A stretch of 32,000 bases of DNA from an uncultured Alphaproteobacteria bacterium (GCA_963931495.1 OZ007020.1:810001-842000); one strand, 5' to 3'. Shown: positions 17,071 to 26,678, numbered from the stretch's first letter. Notes: generated from the sequence alone by a model not told the origin. Numbers and translations: made by a program.

Positions 17071-18318
17071 ATGATGAATATTTTTATGATGATTTTGGTT
17101 GCGGTATTTATGGTTGGTTTTTATATGATAAACAGCCCCAGTCAACGCGTCCCCGAACAGGAAACAGAATACGCAATCAGAATGTCTGATTTACGTTCTG
17201 TGGCTGAATGCGCTGTTGCCGCACATAATGCGAAAATTCGCGGCACAAGTTTCCAAGATATATGCATTGACCAAAATTCTGTGGCCAGCCAATCTGTGTG
17301 TATGAATGCCAGTAAACGTATTACTGAATGTGCAATTGTTAGCAATCGCGCCCCAGAATACAGTTATATTATAACAACAACTGCCCCATTACAGGACGGT
17401 GATTATAACAATATGCTGGAAATTCTGGAAACAAATTTCCCAGATGCGGGAACATTTGGAATATTTCTGGATGGGAAAATAATGCTGGGGGGGATATCCG
17501 GGGCGGCAAATGTACCAGATGCAATTATTAATGAACTGGAATTACAAAACGGGCAAATTGTATATATGACCCAATATGAAATACCGACCACCACAAACGT
17601 TATCACCGCAACCACCGCAGCAAATGGCCAAGATGTCGTATGTCCGATTGGCACAATAAAAACATATCGGTTCAGCCGGTGGCAATGCATCCCATTTAAC
17701 ACACAAACAGACTGTGGCGGTGATATGATATGGGATTCTGAATTACAGACATGTGTGGCCGATGAAAATAAAAAGCCACTGTGCGCCGAACAGCAAACCG
17801 CCGTATTGGTTGACAGTGTGTGGGAATGTGTGAACCCATTCCCAGAAAAGGCATGCCCCAGCGGAATGATTGCGCGATTAAATTATTCAACACTGGAATG
17901 GGAATGCGTGGCAGATCCATCTGTTACGAATAATATAAAGAAGTGCGAAACCGTCACCATCAGTCCAACATTCGGCATCGTTGGGACAACCGCTGGGATT
18001 TCGTCGTCGTCATGCACAGACTGTGAACGCGCAATCATTAATCCAGACACGTGCGCAACAACATGTGTACCCGATCCAACAAAGATAACGGACCCGCGAT
18101 GCTATGGCGATACAGATGCATGTTCGGGTCCAAATCGTGCAATTTATTTCGGATTTCCAAACGCGTCATATGCCGCGAATGTCAGTGAAATAAACGGACT
18201 GCGCATCCCGATTGATTCCAGTCATTCGCAAAACAGAAAATTTAATTGCTTGGATTGCGGTGACGGGGAAATTGATTCTGAACAATCCGTACCGCCATAT
18301 ATTGCGATATGCAAGTAA
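17071..18318 (+). CDS. Cys-rich secreted/membrane-anchored protein with internal W-x-C repeats
   Basis: SD AGGGGG. N-terminal hydrophobic helix MMNIFMMILVAVFMVGFYMI. Many Cys overall, with four tandem ~25-aa modules ending RWQCI / LQTCV / VWECV / EWECV (nt 17641-17913). Confidence 0.7.
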   Translation: MMNIFMMILVAVFMVGFYMINSPSQRVPEQETEYAIRMSDLRSVAECAVAAHNAKIRGTSFQDICIDQNSVASQSVCMNASKRITECAIVSNRAPEYSYIITTTAPLQDGDYNNMLEILETNFPDAGTFGIFLDGKIMLGGISGAANVPDAIINELELQNGQIVYMTQYEIPTTTNVITATTAANGQDVVCPIGTIKTYRFSRWQCIPFNTQTDCGGDMIWDSELQTCVADENKKPLCAEQQTAVLVDSVWECVNPFPEKACPSGMIARLNYSTLEWECVADPSVTNNIKKCETVTISPTFGIVGTTAGISSSSCTDCERAIINPDTCATTCVPDPTKITDPRCYGDTDACSGPNRAIYFGFPNASYAANVSEINGLRIPIDSSHSQNRKFNCLDCGDGEIDSEQSVPPYIAICK

Positions 18319-18325
18319 AAAAAGA

Positions 18326-18348
18326 AACGCCCAATTGGGCGTTTTTTA
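18326..18348. terminator. Bidirectional terminator between convergent genes
   Basis: Stem AACGCCC/GGGCGTT with loop AATT, A-run before and T-run after. Confidence 0.65.
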
Positions 18349-18795
18349 TTTGTCATACTGGTTAATTAAATGTTGCAAATTCACCAGTTCTGTTTTTATA
18401 GCATCACGTTCTTGGGCAAAGCGCTGTTTATCGCGGGCATAGTCCGCACATTGCGACGCATCATATACATTCGTATCCATACTGATATCACAATTTTCCA
18501 ATTTATCGTCCAGTTCATCCACACGGTGCGCCAATTCATCGCGCCGCTTTAACAATTGCGACAGGCGCAATTTCGCATCGCTGTAATTTCGTTGTTTCTG
18601 GGCATTGGTCAGAACAGAATCGGCGTGTGATACACGTGATAAATCTTGTTCCAATTCGTTTATATATTCTTGGGATTCTTTGATATCTGCACTGTCATTA
18701 TGGTTACGCGCGGCAAGCGTTTTTGCCACATCCAGTTCTTGTTTTATATCGCTGATTACATTACCCAGTTTTACTGGTTTTATACTGTTTGTCAT
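18346..18795 (-). CDS. Coiled-coil protein of unknown function (149 aa)
   Basis: Heptad-rich, charged sequence (ELEQDLSRV...LRLSQLLKRRDELAHRVDELDDKLE). Only sizeable ORF in the interval. Confidence 0.6.
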   Translation of the reverse strand: MTNSIKPVKLGNVISDIKQELDVAKTLAARNHNDSADIKESQEYINELEQDLSRVSHADSVLTNAQKQRNYSDAKLRLSQLLKRRDELAHRVDELDDKLENCDISMDTNVYDASQCADYARDKQRFAQERDAIKTELVNLQHLINQYDK

Positions 18796-19109
18796 ATATC
18801 CACCCCATTGTCACCAACAATTATACACTAAAACAGGCTGAATTCATATTACTAAAATAAAAATAGCGTTTTTATGGACAACTTTTTGACGCATTTTGTC
18901 AATATATAGTTATTGATTCGGCAAATAACACCTATATTTTGTATTTTTATATAAAAAACGAATCATTTCCCATCACAAAAACAGGATTTTTTTGACACAA
19001 AAACAGATTTTGTGTACAGACATCATGAATCGCACCTGATTCAATACCGCAGAAATCCAGCATTTCAAAAAGTAAAGCGAAAAATAAAAAAATTTTTAAT
19101 TTTTATATG

Positions 19110-19138
19110 TTGTTACAAAAGCCCATATACTATATATT
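19110..19138 (+). promoter_or_regulatory. Candidate nrdD promoter
   Basis: TTGTTA (19110-19115), 17 bp spacer, TATATT (19133-19138), about 60 nt upstream of the nrdD ATG. Confidence 0.4.
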
Positions 19139-19142
19139 GTTA
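19127..19142. promoter_or_regulatory. NrdR-box-like palindrome 1
   Basis: ATACTATATATTGTTA versus my recollection of the NrdR consensus acaCwAtATaTwGtgt: the core CTATATATTG matches at every position. Overlaps the candidate -10. Confidence 0.4.
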
Positions 19143-19159
19143 TCAAAACGGTAAAAAGA

Positions 19160-19175
19160 CCACTATATGTTGTAA
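19160..19175. promoter_or_regulatory. NrdR-box-like palindrome 2
   Basis: CCACTATATGTTGTAA, with core CACTATATGTTG close to the same consensus. Starts 33 bp after box 1, i.e. about three helical turns, as is typical for tandem NrdR boxes. Confidence 0.4.
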
Positions 19176-19198
19176 TTTATGAGAATCGGAGTGTAAAA

Positions 19199-21247
19199 AT
19201 GTCAGTACCAGGAAACGATAATAAAATTCAAGTGATTCCAACATTTAACACCAAACTGGTTGCGATTCAAAAACGCACGGGGGAAACAGTTCCATTTGAT
19301 GCCAAAAAGATATTTGATGCGATAAGAAAAGCGGTCGCTGTCACCCATGAAATATCTGATGACCAGACGGCAACAATAACGCAAAATGCCATAAAAAAAC
19401 TGGAACAACGATTTGCTGATAAAACGCCATCTGTGGAAAACGCACAAGAATCTGTGATTGAAGCCTTGATGGATGCCCATGCATACAAAACGGCAGAATC
19501 ATACATTGTATATCGTCAAAAACGCACAGAAATTCGTGATTCGTACGTTGATGCGGTTGATGTCATAGAAGGCTATGTCGGCGGTTCAAATTGGCGTATC
19601 AAGGAAAACGCCAATATCGGTTATTCTATTGGTGGATTAATTTTAAGAACATCTGAACGGGTAACGGCGGAATATTGGTTGAACCTGTACCCACGCGAAG
19701 TTGCCGAAGCGCACAAAAACGCATCTATACACATTCATGATTTGGGATGGTTGACCGGGTATTGCGCCGGGTGGTCACTGCGCGAATTGTTATACGAAGG
19801 TTTTAATGGTGTTCCCGGGTATTTACAATGTGCACCGGCCCGGCATATGGCAACCGCTATTTCACATATGGTTAATTTCTTGGGGACGTTGCAAAATGAA
19901 TTTGCCGGTGCCCAGGCGTTTTCATCGGTTGATACATACTTGGCACCGTATGTCCGCGTTGATAACATGTCGTATGCCGATGTAAAGAACGCGATGCAAA
20001 CGCTGGTATTCAATTGTGCGGTGCCATGTCGGTGGGGAACCCAGACGCCGTTTATCAATTTTACATTTGATTGGACATGTCCCGAAGATTTGAAATCACA
20101 ACATCCATTTATTGGAAAGCAACAAATGGATTTTACATATGGTGATTTACAAACAGAAATGGATATGATTAACAAGGCATTTTTGGAAGTCATGTCCGAA
20201 GGTGACGCCATGGGTCGCCCGTTTACATTCCCAATTCCGACGTACAATATTACCAAAGATTTTCCATGGGAACATCCGAATGTAAAACCACTGTTTGATT
20301 TGGCGGCCAAATATGGTACACCGAATTTTCAAAACTTTTTGAATTCGGATTTGAATCCAACGGATGTTCGTTCAATGTGCTGTCGGTTACGTCTGGACGT
20401 GCGCGAGTTGTTAAAACGCGGTGGTGGATTATTTGGTTCGGCGGAAAAGACTGGATCAATCGGCGTTGTAACCATTAACTTGGCCAGACTGGGGTACATA
20501 CATCGTGGTGACCGTGATGGTTTGTTCCGTGAATTAAAACGCTTGCTGGATTTGGCGCGCGATTCATTGGAAATCAAACGTCGCATAATTACCAAAAATA
20601 TGGAACGCGGACTGTATCCGTTTACACGTCGTTATCTGGGGAATTGGAATCACCATTTTTCAACCATTGGTGTAAATGGCGCGAATGAAATGGTTCGCAA
20701 CTTTACAAATGATAAAGAAAATATTGCGACACCGATGGGCAAAAAACTGGTGTTGGATTTAATGGACTTTATACGTGACAACCTGGTCACGTTCCAGGAA
20801 CAGACGGGTAATTTGTATAATCTGGAAGCAACCCCCGCCGAAGGGTGTTCGTATCGCTTTGCCAAAACAGATGTTAAAAATTTCCCGGACATTATTACGG
20901 CGGGAACGCATGATGCGCCGTACTATACAAATTCAACGCAATTGCCGGTGAATTACACAGACGATCCGTTTGTCGCACTGGAACATCAAGAAGAACTGCA
21001 ACGGAAATACACGGGTGGAACAATGTTGCACCTGTATATGGGTGAACCGGTATCCAGTGGCGAAGCCGCCCAGAAAATCGTGCGCACAATATTTGAAAAT
21101 TACAAAATTCCGTACATGACGTTAACCCCAACGTTTTCAATATGTCCAAAACATGGATATATCCCGGGACGTCATGAATTCTGTCCGAAATGCGACGCAG
21201 AAATTGCCGCAAATCAAAATACAGAATCAGAACCAGTTTCACAATAA
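19199..21247 (+). CDS. nrdD: Anaerobic (class III) ribonucleoside-triphosphate reductase, large polypeptide lacking the glycyl-radical tail
   Basis: N-terminal ATP-cone (VAIQKRTGETVPFDAKKIFDAIRKA). NrdD core motifs (YTNSTQLPV, LQRKYTGGTMLHLYMGE, PYMTLTPTFSICPKHGY). Zn-ribbon CPKH...CPKC at the C-terminus. Ends at TAA 21245-21247 before any RxxGY glycyl-radical motif. Confidence 0.92.
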   Translation: MSVPGNDNKIQVIPTFNTKLVAIQKRTGETVPFDAKKIFDAIRKAVAVTHEISDDQTATITQNAIKKLEQRFADKTPSVENAQESVIEALMDAHAYKTAESYIVYRQKRTEIRDSYVDAVDVIEGYVGGSNWRIKENANIGYSIGGLILRTSERVTAEYWLNLYPREVAEAHKNASIHIHDLGWLTGYCAGWSLRELLYEGFNGVPGYLQCAPARHMATAISHMVNFLGTLQNEFAGAQAFSSVDTYLAPYVRVDNMSYADVKNAMQTLVFNCAVPCRWGTQTPFINFTFDWTCPEDLKSQHPFIGKQQMDFTYGDLQTEMDMINKAFLEVMSEGDAMGRPFTFPIPTYNITKDFPWEHPNVKPLFDLAAKYGTPNFQNFLNSDLNPTDVRSMCCRLRLDVRELLKRGGGLFGSAEKTGSIGVVTINLARLGYIHRGDRDGLFRELKRLLDLARDSLEIKRRIITKNMERGLYPFTRRYLGNWNHHFSTIGVNGANEMVRNFTNDKENIATPMGKKLVLDLMDFIRDNLVTFQEQTGNLYNLEATPAEGCSYRFAKTDVKNFPDIITAGTHDAPYYTNSTQLPVNYTDDPFVALEHQEELQRKYTGGTMLHLYMGEPVSSGEAAQKIVRTIFENYKIPYMTLTPTFSICPKHGYIPGRHEFCPKCDAEIAANQNTESEPVSQ

Positions 21248-21280
21248 AACAAAAAAAAACAGAAAGGGAGGAAAAGTATT

Positions 21281-21469
21281 ATGTCAGCATCAGAAAACAC
21301 ACAAAGAACACCATGTGAAATCTTTTCGCGTTCTATGGGTTTTTACAGACCGGTATCTAATTTTAACATTGGAAAATATTCTGAATTCTGTGAACGCAAG
21401 ACATTTACAGAATCTAATTGTCTGACAACCGGTCAACGTCACAGTGAACTGATGAAAAAGGCGGCATAA
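21281..21469 (+). CDS. Stand-alone NrdD glycyl-radical domain peptide (62 aa)
   Basis: CEIFSRSMGFYRPVSNFNIGKYSEFCERKTF matches the NrdD C-terminal pattern E(V/I)xSRxxG(Y/F)YRPV..(W/F)N.GK..E...R. Candidate radical Gly codon at 21338-21340. Strong SD AGGGAGG (21265-21271) 9 nt upstream of the ATG. Same reading frame as nrdD. Confidence 0.8.
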   Translation: MSASENTQRTPCEIFSRSMGFYRPVSNFNIGKYSEFCERKTFTESNCLTTGQRHSELMKKAA

Positions 21470-21474
21470 TAAAA

Positions 21475-22176
21475 ATGCATGAAATTCAGATTGGTGGTTT
21501 GGTTTCGTTCACAACAATTGATTATCCGGGAAAATTGGCCGCGGTGCTGTTTTTGACGGGTTGTCCATTGCGATGCGCGTATTGTTCAAACACCAATCTG
21601 ATAAATGTTCGTGACGGCGAATATGACCCGGCAAAGGTTCTGGAATGGCTGGGGACACGTGTCGGCAAACTGGAAGCCGTCGTTTTTTCTGGTGGCGAAG
21701 CGTTGATGCAGGGCGACGTCGTAATTGAATATATGCGACGTGTGCGCCAGTTGGGTTTCGCAATCGGATTACATACAAACGGCTTTTATCCAGACACACT
21801 GGCACGCGCGGCAGATACAGTTGATTGGATTGGAATGGATTACAAAACAACCAGAAATAAATATGCGGATTTAGTTGGGCAAAACATCGCACATGACCAT
21901 ATGATTCGCAGTCTGGCCGTGTGGCAATCAACCGGCAAGGATTACGAGGTTCGTATCACATGCGATCCGCGATTTGTTACAAAAATGGATTTAATGGAAA
22001 TTGCAAATGACCTGCATTCACGGGGTGTCAAGAATTTTGCGGTTCAGAAATATATTCCTTATTACGAAGACGAAGCGAATACGACGACACCCGATCAACG
22101 GGCCCAGTTTTTTAATGATGATAATTTGCGCAACACAATAAACAAATTGTTTGATTCTGTCACTTGGCGTGAATAG
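21475..22176 (+). CDS. nrdG: Anaerobic ribonucleotide reductase activating enzyme (radical SAM)
   Basis: GGLVSFTTIDYPGKLAAVLFLTGCPLRCAYCSN carries the CxxxCxxC radical-SAM cluster motif. Starts 5 nt after the preceding stop. Confidence 0.88.
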   Translation: MHEIQIGGLVSFTTIDYPGKLAAVLFLTGCPLRCAYCSNTNLINVRDGEYDPAKVLEWLGTRVGKLEAVVFSGGEALMQGDVVIEYMRRVRQLGFAIGLHTNGFYPDTLARAADTVDWIGMDYKTTRNKYADLVGQNIAHDHMIRSLAVWQSTGKDYEVRITCDPRFVTKMDLMEIANDLHSRGVKNFAVQKYIPYYEDEANTTTPDQRAQFFNDDNLRNTINKLFDSVTWRE

Positions 22177-22203
22177 TTTTTTTCAACACATAAACACGGA
22201 TGC

Positions 22204-22225
22204 CCCCGCCGTGGGAGTGGCGGGG
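22204..22225. terminator. GC-rich hairpin between nrdG and the convergent Cys-rich gene
   Basis: Stem CCCCGCC/GGCGGGG with an 8-nt loop. No clean T-run on either side, so terminator function is uncertain. Confidence 0.3.
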
Positions 22226-22256
22226 ACACGGGGCGTGGAAACACGTAAAAAATAGT

Positions 22257-22700
22257 TTAATTTTGGTAATACGCGGCGGATGTGCATGTCCAACTGCCGG
22301 TGCTGTCACTGCCGGTTAATTGGTTGGCGGGAACATAACATGATGTTATTCCGCCACTGCCGTCTTCGCTGGTCCCGGGAGCGGGGCAAGAATAACACCC
22401 GTTGTTATAGTAGTTACCGGCACCACAACCTGCTTCGCATTCATAATATACACAAGTGGAATTTCCGATTTGATGCGATATGCGTCTGTAACCTGAATTA
22501 CATGTGTCGCACGATGTGTATTTTAACCCGTTGTCACACACATACGATGTTTTTGCGCATGATCCGGCAGGTCCGACACCGTTGTTAACAGGGGTATCAA
22601 ATGACGTGCACATACACCCCACCGGCGTCACCGAAATTGCATTGGCGCAAAATGGAAATAACATCATTGCTGAAAGCAAACCACCGTTTGGATTCGGCAA
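22257..22700 (-). CDS. Small Cys-rich secreted protein (up to 147 aa)
   Basis: Hydrophobic N-terminus (LLSAMMLFPFCANA), then 19 Cys including CDTCNSGYRR...CVYYECEAGCGAGNYYNNGCYSCPAPG. The start is uncertain (TTG 22700 or ATG 22667). Confidence 0.55.
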   Translation of the reverse strand: MPNPNGGLLSAMMLFPFCANAISVTPVGCMCTSFDTPVNNGVGPAGSCAKTSYVCDNGLKYTSCDTCNSGYRRISHQIGNSTCVYYECEAGCGAGNYYNNGCYSCPAPGTSEDGSGGITSCYVPANQLTGSDSTGSWTCTSAAYYQN

Positions 22701-22748
22701 AAAACGGGATATAAAAAATGCAGAATTCTGGGATTTTTACAAAAATAA

Positions 22749-22773
22749 AAACCGCCATTATAAACGGTGGTTT
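22749..22773 (-). terminator. Probable ligA terminator
   Basis: Hairpin AAACCGCC/GGTGGTTT (one non-Watson-Crick pair), followed on the minus strand by TTTTTATTTTT. Confidence 0.45.
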
Positions 22774-22926
22774 AGATTAGGCATTAATTTATGCTTTTAT
22801 TCTATATTTATCTGAATTTTATGTCAACAAAAATAAAACGCATAACTTTGTCACGCATCGTTTCAATCTGGCTTTGCGGCGATATATATCGTAACAATTG
22901 CACATTGATAAACATACGAAAATAAT

Positions 22927-25222
<2,296 letters not shown>

Positions 25223-25326
25223 TATTACCCCCCCTATCCCGTTATTTTATTGATTTTTTAGGATTGTATTCTAATTATGATTGAATATTTTCAAAAAATC
25301 AATTATTTTTTATCAGAAAATATTCA

Positions 25327-25359
25327 TAAAAAATCCCGCCAAACGGCGGGACGTTTTTT
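25327..25359. terminator. Bidirectional terminator downstream of fabI
   Basis: A-run, stem CCCGCC/GGCGGG (25335-25340 / 25345-25350), loop AAAC, T-run. Confidence 0.65.
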
Positions 25360-25375
25360 ATCTGTAAATGATATT

Positions 25376-26197
25376 TTACTGATTGTTTTGTTCGTCCAAT
25401 CCGCGTAACAAAACGTCTTTCAAATCATTTGGTATCATCCCAGTCGTGGAATATCCACAATCAACATGATGCACTTCGCCAGTGACCGCACTGGACAAAT
25501 CACTGAACAAATACACGGCCGCCCCAGATACATCATCCAATGTCATATTGCGACGCAGTGGGGTCTGTTCGGCATTCAGACGCAGCATGGATTTCATGCC
25601 GCCAACACCAGATGATGCCAACGTCATAATCGGACCCGCACTGATTGCGTTAATGCGGATTTTATCACGTCCCAAATCTGATGCCAGATAACGAACACTG
25701 CTGTCCAGGGCGGATTTCGCCACACCCATAACATTATAGTTCGGCACAGACTTTTCCCCGCCATAGTATGTTAATGTCACAATACTGCCCCCGTCGGTCA
25801 TCAGTTTTGATGCACGACGCGTCAAATCAACCAACGAATATACAGATACATCCATCGTGTTTTTAAAATTCGCACGCGTTGTGTCGGCATAACGACCGGT
25901 CAGTTCATTCTTGTCTGAAAATGCAATCGCATGCAGCATGCCGTCTAAATGCCCCCATTCCCGTTCAATATTCGCAAACAAAGAATCCATTTGTTCGTCA
26001 TTTTGAACGTTGCATTCCTGGACAAATTTTGCCCCGATTGATTCTGCCAGTGGACGTACGCGTTTTTCCAAATTTGGCATCGCATACGGCATGGCGATTT
26101 CAGCACCTTCGTCATGGGCACGCTTTGCAATTGCCCACGCCATAGACCAATCATTTGCAACACCAGTAATTAAAATCTTTTTTCCTTTTAATAACAT
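25376..26197 (-). CDS. fabI: Enoyl-[acyl-carrier-protein] reductase (NADH)
   Basis: LLKGKKILITGVANDWSMAWAIAK and the catalytic region YNVMGVAKSALDSSVRYLA. Start placed at MLLKGKK (26197). Confidence 0.92.
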   Translation of the reverse strand: MLLKGKKILITGVANDWSMAWAIAKRAHDEGAEIAMPYAMPNLEKRVRPLAESIGAKFVQECNVQNDEQMDSLFANIEREWGHLDGMLHAIAFSDKNELTGRYADTTRANFKNTMDVSVYSLVDLTRRASKLMTDGGSIVTLTYYGGEKSVPNYNVMGVAKSALDSSVRYLASDLGRDKIRINAISAGPIMTLASSGVGGMKSMLRLNAEQTPLRRNMTLDDVSGAAVYLFSDLSSAVTGEVHHVDCGYSTTGMIPNDLKDVLLRGLDEQNNQ

Positions 26198-26277
26198 TTT
26201 GCTTCCTCTATGTTTTTTATTGGACGGGGTGGAATATAGCACTTAAAAAGATAAATCGCAATGAATAAAAAAAACAC

Positions 26278-26306
26278 TTGAAATAGGATAGAAAAGGTTA
26301 TATGAT
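26278..26306 (+). promoter_or_regulatory. Promoter for tRNA-Asn
   Basis: TTGAAA (26278-26283), 17 bp spacer, TATGAT (26301-26306), 11 nt before the tRNA 5' end. Confidence 0.55.
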
Positions 26307-26317
26307 ATGCGAGCTGT

Positions 26318-26393
26318 TCGGGCATAGTTCAGTCGGTAGAACAACGGACTGTTAATCCGTATGTCACTGGTTCGAGTCCAGTTGCCCGAGCCA
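26318..26393 (+). tRNA. tRNA-Asn (anticodon GUU)
   Basis: TCGGGCATAGTTCAGTCGGTAGAACAACGGACTGTTAATCCGTATGTCACTGGTTCGAGTCCAGTTGCCCGAGCCA. 7-bp acceptor stem, anticodon loop CTGTTAA, encoded CCA. Confidence 0.93.
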
Positions 26394-26399
26394 CAGATT

Positions 26400-26424
26400 T
26401 CCGCAGATTTCTGCGGATTTTTTA
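26400..26424 (+). terminator. tRNA-Asn terminator
   Basis: Stem TCCGCAG/CTGCGGA, loop ATTT, then a T6 run. Confidence 0.55.
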
Positions 26425-26515
26425 TTATCTGTCTTCTGCCCTATTTTTATGCAAAATTGGATGAAAATGGCTCTAAATTGCTCTAGTTGTAGAACAAAAA
26501 CACATATTTGACACA

Positions 26516-26593
26516 CAGTAATATATACCATTACTGCTGAAATCATCTCTGATTTCAAGTATGAAATCTGTGTGATTTCAGAGATGATTTCAG
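26516..26593. repeat. Two abutting dyad symmetries just inside the island
   Basis: CAGTAAT-N7-ATTACTG (26516-26536), immediately followed by a perfect 16-bp inverted repeat CTGAAATCATCTCTGA (26537-26552) / TCAGAGATGATTTCAG (26578-26593). Confidence 0.6.
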
Positions 26594-26647
26594 GGGCTAA
26601 AATCGTACCCCTGTTTTAACAAATAAATGATGAACGTATGGTATAAA

Positions 26648-26678
26648 ATGCGTCCAAAAAACAATACCGGGGACGCAT
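26648..26678 (-). terminator. Probable terminator of the T5orf172 gene
   Basis: 8-bp stem ATGCGTCC/GGACGCAT flanking a 15-nt loop. T-rich on the minus strand. Abuts the stop codon. Confidence 0.4.

Noticed and set aside
18974-19015. FNR or CRP site upstream of nrdD
   Set aside because: The dyad ACACAAAA-N5-TTTTGTGT does not match TTGAT-N4-ATCAA (FNR) or TGTGA-N6-TCACA (CRP) in sequence or spacing. It is reported only as an unassigned inverted repeat.
19735-20310. 191-aa minus-strand ORF and neighbours inside nrdD
   Set aside because: They are antisense to the nrdD coding frame, so they are shadow ORFs.
21245-21281. Programmed frameshift at the A9 run between nrdD and the glycyl-radical ORF
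   Set aside because: The two ORFs are already in the same frame, so a shift at the A-run would break the connection rather than restore it. Only read-through of the TAA could fuse them. That option is kept as an alternative in the finding, not as a separate claim.
26364-26558. 64-aa minus-strand ORF
   Set aside because: It overlaps the 3' half of tRNA-Asn, its terminator and the dyad-symmetry region. It is hydrophobic nonsense with no SD.
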